A DNA stretch of 64,000 bases from Takakia lepidozioides (Eukaryota > Plantae > Bryophyta). The stretch spans positions 9,300,001 to 9,364,000 of the forward strand of contig CM060733.1 in the NCBI GenBank assembly GCA_030704615.1, given 5' to 3'. Of this stretch, positions 1-12,600 are shown piece by piece. The notes beneath the pieces are model-generated. The model was given only the letters and a program-made list of their open reading frames with translations. It had not been told where the DNA came from and ran no database searches. How positions within the stretch are numbered: the stretch's first letter is position 1; each line of letters starts with the position of its first letter. The position numbers and the translations under genes are program-made.

Positions 1-249
1 AATGGGTTAATATGTCTATGGCATTAGTTGGGCAATATGTGGCCAAGTGCTGCAGCTACATACCTAGGCCCTGCTTCAAATTACACATAATCCTTATATC
101 AAAATTCACACCTCCCCCTCTTCCTTCCATTTGTTATCTTTGCACAATCGACATCACTACCAAAATCTGCTATATGAACTCATACTTAAAAATCTCCTAC
201 AATCTTCCATCCTTGTTGATATGGGAAGGGGGGTTTCGAGGAAATGGCC

Positions 250-1304
250 TATGTTGACACATACCTATATACGTCGCCACATGGAGTCTACATGCCCACA
301 TGTAAACTTTTGTATTCCTGCTTTGGCCTCTTATGTCTCTGCTACAACGAGCTTTGATTTGTGGATGTCTAAAGGAGCCTATGATGTTTTTGCCCTCATC
401 ATTAACTTCTTGTCATTTGTGGGAACCAAAACATGTAACCATAGGCTTGTTTGAAGCCAAAGAAACAATTGGTCAGGCCATGGCCATGAAACTTTAGCAA
501 CTTCTTGCTAAAATCTCTTTGACAAAAAAGATATTGTGTTATGTGAAAGATGAGGGTTCGAATTTGACAAGAATGACACAACTCAAGTCAGTTGTGAGTT
601 GTGATAATTTACAGTTGAATGAACCTTTATCGGGATCATGCTTTGGACATGCTATGTCAAAAGCATATCAATAAGCCACCACGAATGAGAAAGTATGTAC
701 AAGGTTATTTTATGTCTCCATCAAGGCTGCCCAAAGTGACATACAAAAATGCATTACATGGCCTAAGAAGTCAGGTAAGGGCCGTTAGGAATGACAGAAG
801 ACGTGCATAGATTCTGGCATGCAACCTGACGAGCTTAATACTCCCGTAAAAACAATGCAAGTTTGTTATTTCATTTTTTGTTTGTAATATAGTGCATTTG
901 TAATCAGATTTAGGCCTAGTAATTCTTTGTTTACTGTGTACTATACTATTTTTTTATGCTTTGTGACAATCTGATCATCACTATTGATATTATTGTAATC
1001 TGGTCAGAATTATGTTTTGTAATCTGGTCGTTTATTTTCTATAATCTGATCAGATTTCATACAATATTGTGGTCATCAATTGTTCATGATGTTTGCAATT
1101 TGGTCACTCGTTGAATTTTGATGTAGTATTTATGGGGATGGTACATGTTTGCAAGTAGGGTGACGATGTTTGATGGTGCTCTATGTTTCCGAACTGGTGC
1201 TACAGCCGTCAAACACTTGTTTTGCAAGCTCGAGTCCCCCACCGGTAAAACTTGGACTATTGTTGAGGCTGTTGTCAAAACACTATCTCATGTTATCACC
1301 AATT
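250..1304 (+). pseudogene. hAT transposase pseudogene, N-terminal/catalytic part (continues at 31007)
   Basis: Translates with stops and frameshifts to SFDLWMSKG..WEPKHVTIGLFE..YVKDEGSNL..CFGHAMSK..TPVKT [intron ~860-1145] FASRV..RVPTGKTWTIVEAVVKTLSHVIT. These are the hAT DxW, D and CxxH motifs. Confidence 0.85.
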
Positions 1305-1737
1305 AACCCTATTTTAATCAATTCTGGACTTTTGGCTTAAATCCGGACTAAACTTAATATATATTTGTATTAAATTTAATTGAAATATTAATAATATCAT
1401 GGTGTAATGTGTGATTGAACTTTGTGAAATTTCAGGTGATGTTATACTTGTTTCAAAATGTGTCATAGAAGAGGTCCATTTGACATTGAAGTGCTCAATG
1501 TGAAGTAGTAGTATTGAACAATTCATTGAACGTCCACTTGGAAGTCGAATAAAGTAATATTCCATTGCAGGTCATCATGATAAACAAATGGGTCGCATCG
1601 AACATGGGCCAAACTCGTACTGTACCATACTCGATACAACTTGCTAGTAATTTTATTGATTGAATCTTCATATGAAGCACAATGTTCACATACCACGCCA
1701 TTGGAATGAATCATGTTTTGGATGTGACAAGGGCAGT

Positions 1738-2153
1738 AAAATATTAGAATAGCATGAAACATTCGGAAGATGTACTAGGTTTGGGGTGTAACTAGATAGA
1801 AGTGTAATAAGGTTTGGGTTTACAGTAAGGGTAAGGGTTTAGGGTTTGGATTTAGGGTACAAAAAGACAAACAAATATGATGGACTCACACTCAGTAGAA
1901 TTAAGAAATGGTTGAGGAATTTGATATCCTTGTAATCATTCTATCATACCTTATCCAACAAAAGAAAATATTAAAAGAGCATGAAACATTGAGAAGATGT
2001 AACATGGTAGTACAATAAGGTTTGGAGTGTAACTAGGGTAGTACACTAAAGTTATTGGTTTATGGTAAGATTAATGGTTTAGGGGTGATGGTAAAGATAG
2101 GGTTTTCGGTTTGGGTTTAAGAACACTATTGGACAAACAAATATGGAAGACTC
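1738..2153. repeat. Degenerate ~220-bp direct repeat pair containing telomere-like GGGTTT(A) motifs
   Basis: AATATT..AGCATGAAACATT..GAAGATGTA..GGTTTGG.GTGTAACTAG..GGTTTAGGG..GACAAACAAATATG occurs at ~1740-1886 and again at ~1966-2153. Confidence 0.7.
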
Positions 2154-2734
2154 TTGAGGAGCTATAGATAAAACTACCTCATGTCGTCTCAGAGATTTGT
2201 GAGCGCCAAAAATGTCAATCCCATTTATGTCCAGTCAACCTTGACACGCAATTCGGGACACGCAGCAGAGAGGGCGTAGGCGCATGTGCACAACAACCTT
2301 AGGCCCCTCACAATGAGACAGTCTGAAGCTGAGCTGAGCACGAATTTCAATCTCTACTAGTCCAACCGTACTAGAGAAATATCTAGTGATCCTCAGACAA
2401 GGCTTTCTTCACCACCTTACAAAAATTGTTCCCAATGACTACCTCCCTGTCCACATTGTTGCTTGATGTCGGGAAGCTTGGACAAAGTGCCTTGCTCTTT
2501 GTGACTGGCTCCCTTTTTGAGACAGCAGGGTTTTTTTTTTACAGGTGTACTTCACTCACAACCGTTTTTTTTACACTGCGTCCGGGATATCAATGATCGC
2601 CCCAGCCTGAATTTTGCCCACCCTATCAAGCGCTAGTGTTTTTTAACTAGTGCTTTTCAACTCGTCTGCTGAGGGCCCCACTTTCTCCCCTCTACTGGTA
2701 CATGTCAAAATCACTCCAAGAGCCATAGTGTTGG

Positions 2735-4112
2735 AAAACTGCCTTCGCATCCTTGATGCTCCCACATTTGGCATACATGTCCACGAGGGCACTGTCCAGA
2801 ATCACAATCAGGTACAATTCCAGCTTTGACAATGAAACCATGGACCTGATCTTCCCTTTTCCAGAGCTGGCAAGCTTGCCCTTGATGCTCCCACATTTGG
2901 CGTACATGTCCACGAGGGCATTGTTCAGAATCACATCAGGTACAATTCCAGCTTTGACAATGAAACCATGGACCTCTTCCCTTTTCCAGAGCTGCCAGGC
3001 TTGCCCTTCATGCTGACACATTTAGCATACATGTCCACGAGGGCATTGTCCAGAATCACATCAGGTATAATTCCAGCTTTGACAATGAAACCATGGACCT
3101 CTTCCCTTTTCTAGAGCTGCCAGGCTTGCCCTTCATGCTGACACATTTGGCATACATGTCCACGATTGGCATACATGTCCACGAGGGCATTGTCCATAAT
3201 CACAATCAGGTACAATTCCAGCTTTGACAATGAAATCATGGACCTGATCGGAACCTTTTCCAGAGCTGGCAGGCTTGCCATTGATGCTCCCACGTTTGGC
3301 ATACATGTCCACGAGGGCATTGTCCAGAATCACAATCAGGTACAATGCAAGCTTTGACAATGAAACCATAGACCTGATCTTCCATTTTCCAGAGCTGGCA
3401 AAAATTGCCCTTGATGCTCCCACATTTGGCGTACATGTCCACAAGGGCATTGTTCAGAATCACATCAGGTACAATTCCAGCTTTGACAATGAAACCATGG
3501 ACCTCTTCCCTTTTCCAGAGCTGCCAGGCTTGCCCTTCATGCTGACACATTTGGCATACATGTCCACGAGGGCATTGTCCAGAATCACATCAGGTATAAT
3601 TCCAGTTTTGACAATGAAACCATGGACCTCTTCTTTTTTCCAAAGCTGGCAGGCTTGCCCTTGATGCTCCCACATTTGGCATACATGTCCACAAGGGCAT
3701 TGTCCAGAATCACAATCAGGTACAATTCCAGCTTTGACAATGAAACCATGGACCTGATCAGAACCTTTTCCAGAGCTGGCAGGCTTGCCATTGATGCTCC
3801 CACGTTTGGCATACATGTCCACGAGGGCATTGTCCAGAATCACAATCACGTACAATGCAAGCTTTGACAATGAAACCATAGACCTGATCTTCCCTTTCCC
3901 AGAGCTGGCACGCTTGCCCTTCACGCTCCCACATTTGGCATACATGTCCACAAGGGCATTGTCCAGAATCACAATCAGGTACAATTCCAGCTTAGACAAT
4001 GAAACCACGGACTTGATCTTCCCTTTTCCAGAGCTGGCAGGCTTGCCCTTGATGCTCCCACATTTGGTATCCCTAAAGCATGGACCTAATCTTCCGTTTT
4101 TCCAGAGCTGCC
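2735..4112 (-). repeat. Tandem array (~10 units of ~125-130 bp) derived from a PLS-class PPR coding fragment
   Basis: The marker CCAC(G/A)AGGGC recurs at ~2781, 2910, 3035, 3179, 3309, 3439, 3563, 3689, 3819 and 3948. The minus strand encodes [31 protein letters not shown] with frameshifts. Confidence 0.92.
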
Positions 4113-4649
4113 AGACCCTAGCGTTTTTAGGGTTGCTTGCTCCAGATGCGAAGGTTGATCCAACTGCGGGCCTCCCATGCATGTTTGCCCTCTCTCCCGC
4201 TCGCTCGCTCTAAGTCCCAACCCTCTCTCTCTCTCCCTCCCGCTCGCTCTAAGTCTGTTCACGCTACTGTGATGGGCAACTTTTTAAGTTTTTAAACCTT
4301 TTTGTAAACCCTAAAAGCCCCTTTTTGATTTTATTTTATTTTTTATTTTATTTTTTCTTAAAGGAAACCACAAGCCCTTGAGGAGGTGGAAAATTCACCC
4401 GCCTTCATTTATGGGCCATAAGACCTACAGGACGATCAACGTCAAGACATACCGTCTCGAACAATCCCACACACGGGATAAGGGCAGCGGGTTTGAACCC
4501 CAAACCACAAGGGCGACACACTGTGCACTTACCAGCCGATGTGATTTTTTTTAAATCTTTGTTTTTTTTGGGTTTTTTTAATTCATTCTAGTGGTAAAAG
4601 TCTCCGTTTTTTTAAGATATAAATACTCATATATTATATATATAACCAG

Positions 4650-5000
4650 AAAAGCATGTGTCGACACGTGTAGTCATGTAGTGATTCATCCATGTGATGA
4701 TCTGGCATAATGCATTAGAGTGAGAGTCATGAAGTCATATGTCTGTCTTGCAATATGCACACGTCATTCTAGTGTAGCCATGACCGTGACTGGTAGTCAT
4801 ATCTGCCATGCCAATATTCGTGGTCAAACATGTTTGACCTGTGTTGCGCAGAGTCCGAAGCCATGCAGTCGCATATACGCCTTCTCCAGACCTACATTAT
4901 GACTTCAAAAGCATTTTACGACTGCAAATGGCATTTCTGCCACAAATCTGTCATGACTGCGCACCCATGGGAGTCATAAAAGCCGCAATCTGTTGTAGTG
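4650..5000. mobile_element. CACTA terminus 1 with subterminal repeats
   Basis: Ends ...GCCGCAATCTGTTGTAGTG at 5000 (reverse complement CACTACAACAGATTGCGGC), preceded by many GTCATG/CATGAC/ATGACT motifs. It truncates the adjacent transposase. No partner end was seen. Confidence 0.7.
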
Positions 5001-5710
5001 AGTACCTGGAATCAACATTAGGGCCGCAAGCTGGGCAGGCCTTGTATCCCCCGTGTGCGCATCTTGCTAGCAACCCATAAGCTGGAAAGTCGTGGATTGA
5101 CCACATCAAGATGGCCCACATGCGAAATGACTGTTACCCCACTAGGCTACTTCCATCCAATGCCTCCACACCAACTTCCCACAACAATTTCAGCTCATCC
5201 ACAAGGGGCTGCAGATAAACATCTGCATTGTCATTTCCCACAGATTGTGGTCCAGGAATCAATAAAGCCAACATCGTGAAAAATGGCTTAGTACACAGCC
5301 AGGGTGGAAGATTATAGTTTACCAACATGACAGGCCAAGTTGACCATTTGTTTGATTTATCACTGTAAGGATTGACACCATCCCATGCGAGACCCAATCG
5401 CAGATTTCTGGGGTCCGCTGCAAACTCAGGCCATTTTTGGTCAATGTGGGCCCAAGCCTTGCTGTTTGCTGGGTGCCTAACCAAGCCATCTAGACTTCGA
5501 TTCTTAAAGTGCCATGACATTAACTCTGAGATGGATTTGGCTTTATACATTCGAAGCAGCCTTGGAATGATAGGGAAATGTCGAAGGACCTTACGAGGTA
5601 CTGGTGTCTTCGTACCCACCACATAACGACGTGCCTGACATTTTGGACAAACCTCCAAATTCTGAAGCTCCCTTCTGAACAACACACAGCCTTTCGGACA
5701 TGCATATGAA
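5001..5710 (-). pseudogene. CACTA/En-Spm transposase (Transposase_21/TnpD) fragment
   Basis: ACPKGCVLF..CPKCQARRY..RHFPIIPRL..HPANSKAW..PRNLRLGLAWDGVNPY..STWPV..YNLPP..PGP..LQPLVDELKLLW..*..SIHDFPAYG..GYKACPAC; truncated at both ends. Confidence 0.93.
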
Positions 5711-6129
5711 TTTGGGTGGGAAAAGGCTCACTGGAATGTCAACTCCAGTTGCCTGCTTTCTGGCTTGGTCTGGATTGTAATGAGGCCAACAGTTGTGGGG
5801 GTCATACTTCTTCTTCAACAAAGCCAGATAGACAATGCAGCACTAGAGGCACTTGAAGTCCTTACCCCTAAACCCTCCAACATCTCTTTGCCAATTCAAC
5901 TTGTGGACCATGTGCCTTTGTTTTCAGCAATGTGAGTGTTGGTACTCTTATGGTATGCTTGACCTTCATGATGGTATATAAATGTTGCCTCTTTTTCCTT
6001 TTTCATCTTGAACCCATAAACTGAGAATGGTGGTTTTGACTTGGTGATTGTCTCTCACCAATCCATGGACCAAGAAGAAGAACAACATGAACGGTAGTGA
6101 CAAGCCACTTTGTCTAACTTCATTTTCAT

Positions 6130-6350
6130 GAGAGAGAGAGAGAGAGATTGTACTCATAAGACGTTGTTTGCCGTAGCCTTGTGGACATTGACCCCGCGCC
6201 CAGTTTGAGCGGGAACAAAAGGGACAGAACCTACCTCTGTCAGGGGCTGACGTTGGTAGTAAGACTTACCTTCATATATAGAATTAATTCGGGTTTTCCA
6301 GATATCCTCTAGAAATCCTTCTTGTATAGATTGACAATGACGCCCTGTCA
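6130..6350 (-). mobile_element. LINE 3'-end fragment ending in (CT)n
   Basis: Minus strand reads ..GCTACGGCAAACAACGTCTTATGAGTACAATCTCTCTC and encodes GFLEDIWKTRIN..; near-identical to 42790-42970. Confidence 0.75.
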
Positions 6351-7784
6351 CCAGCGAAAGGGGATTGTTTCAGTCTTCTAGATCAGGTTAAAGAGGAGAA
6401 CTAGGGATTGAATTCTGTCTTGAAGTTGATGGATTGAACCGTCTCTGCCAATGCCTGATTTATGTTGGCAACCCGCATGGGATCGCCACCGTGCTTGATA
6501 AGCTCGTTGACAATACCATCAGGTCCACCAGCTTTATATCCATTTATATGTTCAATTGCTTCCACAATCTCAGAAGGACTAATGGGAGCGTTATAAGCCA
6601 TTGAAATATACTCCAGTTCATCAGGGCTATTTTGCATCATAGGAACAGTTTTTCCAACTGTGTCCCTCCATTCAGTAGAAGACCCCTCACTGTTAGACCT
6701 AGAAGTTATGCCAAGGATACTGTAGTGAGTTTCAAAGGTTTTGACAATGTCAACCGATGAAGTCACCACTGCACCTTTAGTAGTCTTCAGCGCTTGTACT
6801 TGCTGACCGTTTTTCGGCTTGTACAAATGTTGAAGGGCCAACCAGAATTTCTTGTCATTACCACCATGGTGGTTTGAGTTTATTTCACTGTATAACTTGT
6901 CCCAGTATAATTTCTTCTGAGACCTAACAAGTTGTTTGATATCTTTACGGAGCTGGTAGTACCTCGCCCACAATTCTCTGTTGGTTTCCAAATCGCAGCA
7001 CTCTTTATAGAGGGCTCGTCTCTCAGCTATCTTGAGTTTAATCTCATTGGTCCACCAATTAACAGCTCTACCACAGACAATTAGTTTCATCCCAATGATC
7101 TTGTCAACCACGGAGGAAACGAAACTCTCCCAAGAGTCCCCTGCTCTTTAGACTTCATTTCTTGCGTTATCAAAGCGAGACTGAAGTTCTTGGAGCGATT
7201 GGACAAAATGAGGGAGAGCCTCTTGCAAGGGCTGGACATACTCAGCCTTGACCTCCTCATTATGGAGTTTTTCTATGCGCCACTTCCGAATCGAATGTTT
7301 CACATATCTCTTGGTGTTGGGAAAACACCTTTTGATCTCATTCCAAACCAGGAAATGGTCAGAGGTACCAATATCAGTTCTGTCGATCAACACATTGGCA
7401 CACTGGGGGAACAAATTTTTGTCCATTATGATATAATCCACAATGGAACGTTCCCCAGTTTGGGATTTCTCACGAGTCCACTGCACTTGGTCACCTCTTG
7501 TCCTGTTATTCAAGGTCAAAAGCTGAAGATTTTCTAGACAGTTAATTAACCGTCTGCCATTAGAATTCAGTTCGTCCTCACCAAAAGGTCCAATGATATC
7601 GTCCCGATGGAGCCCTTTGCCCACCCGGGCATTGAAGTCACCCAATAGCACCACCTGACCTTTGGCAAGGAACGAAGCACAGTCCAGCTTTACATCTTCG
7701 AAGGCTTTGTCTGCATCAGCACAAAGCATCCCCTCTGTGGGCATGTAAACACAACCCACAAAGAGGTCCTTTGTCCTCGAGACT

Positions 7785-7787
<3 letters not shown>
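6351..7787 (-). mobile_element. LINE ORF2 fragment (APE endonuclease to start of RT)
   Basis: VYMP..VVLLGDFNARVG..N.NGRRL..TR..SIVDYII..SDHFLVW (endonuclease); WWTNEIK..KKFW..KAGGPDGIVNELIK (pre-RT). Disrupted. Confidence 0.92.
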
Positions 7788-7831
<44 letters not shown>

Positions 7832-8960
7832 CTTATCATAGCCTTGTGGCCACAGACCTTGCCCGTGCCCAGCAGAACAAGAGGGAACAGACATGAGGGG
7901 CTCACTCCAGTAGTAGGACTTACCGTGTTATAAACATTAGTTCAGGCTTTCCAGATTCCTTTTAGAAAGCCCTTCACACAAGCATCAATATGTTGTATGT
8001 GGGCTACCAAGCACCGAGACCCCAACAGGGCCACCGCTTTAGACTCAGCCTTGACATATTGAAAGTTGGTGAACAGAGGTGCAGGGACTATGTTCTTGAT
8101 GGTCTTGAAGAGGATCGCTCTCTGATGAGAATACCCCGGACTTGTATCAGAAAATGGACATTGTCTTCAGGCCACCCACACCAGTGAGCATTGACAATCT
8201 CCCTTTCCGCTCTGCATCTGTTTATTGTTCAAAGGTAGACTCCCCATCCTGAGGTTAAATTTTCAGTCTAGTGCCAAGGGTAGGTCTGCCCTTCAGATCA
8301 TCCTCAAAGTCATCACCCATGTCACAAACTGGAAACGAGTTCAGGGAAGTTTATGCCTAACATTGTTTTGTTCGGACATTCTTCATGCTTTTGACATGGC
8401 CTTAGACACTTCAGCCTCCACGTCAGATTCATCTAGCAGGGTGAGTTCTTCCTTCCTAATATTCAGGTATTTATCATAGGGTCGCTGGTATGAGGCATGC
8501 GATTCAGCTGACTGTACCATCTGACCTTGAACTCATCATGTTGAGAGCTCAAGGCTGGTACTCCAAACTTGCCCTGAGCAGCCACGTCAGTTGTTCTACA
8601 GCTTCTAGGGTCAGGGGAAAGATATGGAGGATGGTTCACAACCTGCATGCGAACACCAAAGCTTGTGTTGTGGTCAATAGCGAGAAGTCTAATTTCTTTG
8701 ACATTGACCAAGGTGTAGCTCAAGGTTGTACCCTCTCCCCGCTGCTCTTCAATGTTTTCGTTTATCAGCCCCTTAAAAATTAGGAAAGCAAGAGATTTGG
8801 GTTACAGGTGGGTGATGCCGCCATACCAGCACTTATGAAGAGATCAGGCCTTATCAGGCCTTGGAGTACACATCTGCCGTGTGGGTTGGCCAACTCCAAT
8901 CATGCTAAAACTTTAGAATCCATTCAGCTTTTTGGTGCTCAAAGAGAGCATGTCAGCGCG
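7788..8960. mobile_element. 5'-inverted LINE copy (3' part on - strand 7788-~8600; RT part on + strand ~8600-8960)
   Basis: (GA)n at 7788-7828 is followed by the LINE 3' end on the minus strand up to RTTDVAAQG. The plus strand then encodes VRGKIWRMV..GVAQGCTLSPLLFNVF..LESIQL. Confidence 0.8.
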
Positions 8961-9261
8961 TGCACCATAAGATGTCAAGGAAGGAAACCTTTGTAGAAGG
9001 AAGGTGTCGTTCTAGGACAGAGGTTTCCTTAGAGGTTTCTTTCTTTTTTCCTTCCTTGAATAGGCCAGCTCAGGGACATGGTTGACACAACCCCCAGGAA
9101 GCCTGCCTCACCTTCATGGAAAACACTTCCAGACTCCAAATCAACCTCAAGATGGGTGCTTATTATCCTACAGAACAGTTTGCAAACTGTGGTAAGAAGT
9201 GTAATGCTACGGTAGTTCCTAGGCTGTCATCTGTCACCTCAAATTGACACTGACACCCTCT

Positions 9262-9535
9262 CTCCAGCGAAAGGGTATCATTTCAGTCTTCCAAATAAGG
9301 TCAAAGAGGAGTGCAAGGGCATCTACCATATGATCACACCAGGCTTGACAATCGTATCAGACACACCAACTTTATAGCCCTTTAGATGTTCTATTGCTTC
9401 AGCAATCACAGAAGAACTAATGGGCACGTTGTACCCCTTTGTGATGTACTCCAGTTTTTCAGGGTTGTCTTGGATTGTAGACAGTCATTTCCACTGTACC
9501 CTTCCATTCTTTAGAAGACTCCTCACTGTTATAGG
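9262..9535 (-). mobile_element. LINE fragment homologous to 6351-6700
   Basis: CCAGCGAAAGGG..TTTCAGTCTTC..AAAGAGGAG and ..TGTACTCCAGTT..CCTTCCATTC..CTCACTGTT match the 6351-6700 segment. Confidence 0.75.
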
Positions 9536-9654
9536 TAGGTCTGACTGACAGGGTCTTCTTGCATAGGCCTTTGGGCTTTGCTTACCCACTAGGTTTGCCA
9601 TCCCTAGTAGTATGGTGGTATTGTTTCTCATGTTTATGTTGAGCAATGTGTGCA

Positions 9655-12600
9655 GAGTTCAGTAAAAAAAAGGAAGGGAATTGCAGGGAAGGATGCGAAC
9701 GAGCATAAGTCTCTTACTCCAGCAAAGTGTGCACCAACTATTGCGCCAACTGTTGTGATGAGTGGCGCGGTTGTTCCAACTTACGAAAAACCAGCCCCGC
9801 CCACTCCACAGACTGCCGTTCCAGCTCCCTTGTATCCACCAGTATCGGCTCCTCCCTCGTATCCGCTTATGTACCCGCAGTATCCTGCCATGTCAGGGTA
9901 TAATTTGCATGAACACATGCCGTATCCTCACTATCAACCTCCAAACAATGATCCTCAGTGCCAGAATTACAATTCTTTTGCTCCACCTGCAGGCGCTCCA
10001 ATGCATGATCCTAGTCAAGGTGGGTATTCCATTTACAACCATTATGGAATGCATCCCCATAGTATGTATCCTCCTCGGCCTATGTACAACCAACCTACTT
10101 CCTCCCTCTATCCTACCAGCCCTGCAAGACCACACCAGGGGCAGGTCCAGTATGGTGGCCACCAACCTTCAGGATCCAACTACAGTGGAGTACAACAGCC
10201 GGCACCTTCGAGCTTCACTGCACCGCGGCCACCTCTTTATCCAACATCTCCAGGTACACCTAATACCCTGAAAGGGAAAGGCATTCTGAAACAGACCGAG
10301 GATGCATTTGCTCTGCATCATCCTGTGGGGTGGGAGACAACAGTCCAGCCCCAACAGAGTGAAGGTGGTAACATGCAAGGTACTGCTGAAACCTTGCAGG
10401 GAGTGGACATCAGGTGTGACTCCTATAGAACGCAAAAATGCTTTAAGGAGGGAAAGAAGGGCACTTGCAAAAGATCTGAGAGACCAGGCTGCTCAGAATG
10501 TGGCTGTAGGGAGGAGGAAATTTTTCATTTCTTGTGATGAACTTGGAAACCCTGAAGGTCCTACTCGGAACCAGTGGATGACAGCTCTGCGAGGGCAGTG
10601 TCAACGTTTGTTGGACTGGTCATTGTATGCTCAGGATCAACCATTACACTTAATTGAAAAGATCATGGAGATCTTGGCTTCAGATTGGGAATACGGACCT
10701 CCTGGTCTTAACATAAAGGCTATTACAAAAACAATTTGCGGGCAGCTCAAGTACCAACGAAATAAGCTGTTCAAAAATTACTATAGTGTGGGGCTGCCCA
10801 AACCCCATCATGTGCCACACAAGACATGGGCACAACTAGTTGTTAGTTGGGGTTCCACTGATTTCAAGAAATTCCAGGCAAAGGGTGTCAAGGCGCGGGG
10901 ATGTGTGAAGAATACATCTCGATCGGGTCGCACTGGAATCAGCGGTGTTGTAGCACGACTAGTATACTTCTCTTACAACATAGGAAGTTCCCACATTGTT
11001 TTGCATTGACAAACTTTATGTGTTGGGTTTTTTTGGCTGGAGCTCAGAGTCTATTCCTATATGGATGGAATTAGTACTTTTTGCTACTACTTGGGGGCCT
11101 TCTCAGAGTTGGGCGCCAGCAAGAAACTAAGCACTCTTATTGAGGGGGAGTCATTGACGCTATCCTAGATAATTCTTTACTGTTGGCAGTGTGCTATGCT
11201 AGTCATTTACACTTGCAAGTTTGTTGCAATCACAGGAGAAGGAGACTGGACGTACACCAAGTTTGCAGGAGATCGCCGGTAGCGCCAAGAGTGACAAAGG
11301 CTACGGGTCGGGGTGTACAGGCAGTGCAGCCACAACGGTCTATAAACTCAGTACCAATTCTGGGGTGAATTACATATTCATGATTTCCATGCCATTGCTA
11401 GTTGCCGTTTGGTTCTCTTTTCTTACTAGTTCATCAGTCAGTGTAGTGAATTGTTACTTTGGAGGTGTTCTATGTGATGGGGCAGGGAATTGGTTCACTA
11501 GCAGCTCGCCTCGATGCTATGGAAAACAAACAAGTGCAGATGGAAGCCAGCTCCAAGGCAGCTTTGGAAGCAGTCCAAGTCCAACTAGAGGCAGCAGCTG
11601 CATTCAACATTGCGCTCGCAACTAAACTTGGCATGAATGTGCCTGATTCATAGCCTACAGGTCCACCATGCACCACCTTTGCGCCACAGACAACAAATGA
11701 GACTATTTCTCATGTTATGGGCTCACCACTCAACCTGTTCAAGGCAGTTTCTTCACCGCCACCAAAGCCAAACACAATAGGCTCATTGTTTGGGCTTTCA
11801 GAAATGGAGGGGGATGATGATATGGAGGGTTGGTCTGAAGGTGAACTCAATCCATCCCCCCATATTGTTGAGGCAACTGCAAAGTGTTCATCGGTTTTGT
11901 TGTCCCCTACACCAGTAGCACTGCCGGCATATGTACTACCCTCTCAATATGCCTGTGAGGTCTCCATGAATTTGCAGAGTGCCCCACAGAAAGGTGTGTC
12001 TTTTGTACATGATTATCATGTACAAGTTGTGGGTAATTGCCCTTCGGCAACTGAGAGGCAGAAACACATCCTTATACTTGACTTGAATGGATTGCTATGT
12101 GAGAGCAGACTACGAACAAGGGAATACCTAGAGTCCACTGTCACCTCCAGACCTGGGTGTCAGGAGTTTCTGGACCGATGCCTTCAGATTTTTGATGTAG
12201 GTGTATGGTCTTCCATGTCATTGAGTAATGTCCTTCCAGTTGTGAAAGCTTTGTTTCGTGGGAAGCAACCAAAGATGGTGCTTCACCAAGACTATTGTGA
12301 CCAGCCTGTGGGAATGGTGGACCCTTTCAATCCTTCTAAAACTGTCATGTACAAGAACTTATGTAAGTTTTGGAAGGACTACAGCCATTACAATCCAACC
12401 AATACTTTGCTGGTGGACGATTCCCCACTCACTTGCTTACCCAACCCTGCAAATAATTGCATCTTCCCGTATCCATGGAAGTTGAGGGATCAGCCAAACT
12501 GCAAGAGGCTTATGAAAGAATTACTGCCTTGGTTAGAGGGTGTATCCAAGGCTGCACACATCCCTGAGTATGTGTCAGGGCACCCATACAGATATGGGCA

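Noticed and set aside
2735-4112. CRISPR array or functional PPR gene
   Set aside because: There are no unique spacers and the context is eukaryotic. Units are near-identical, frameshifted and cover only one motif junction.
4470-4535. tRNA gene (GGTTCAAACCC B-box on - strand); similar at ~33450 and ~34610
   Set aside because: No cloverleaf could be built; at most SINE- or TE-derived remnants.
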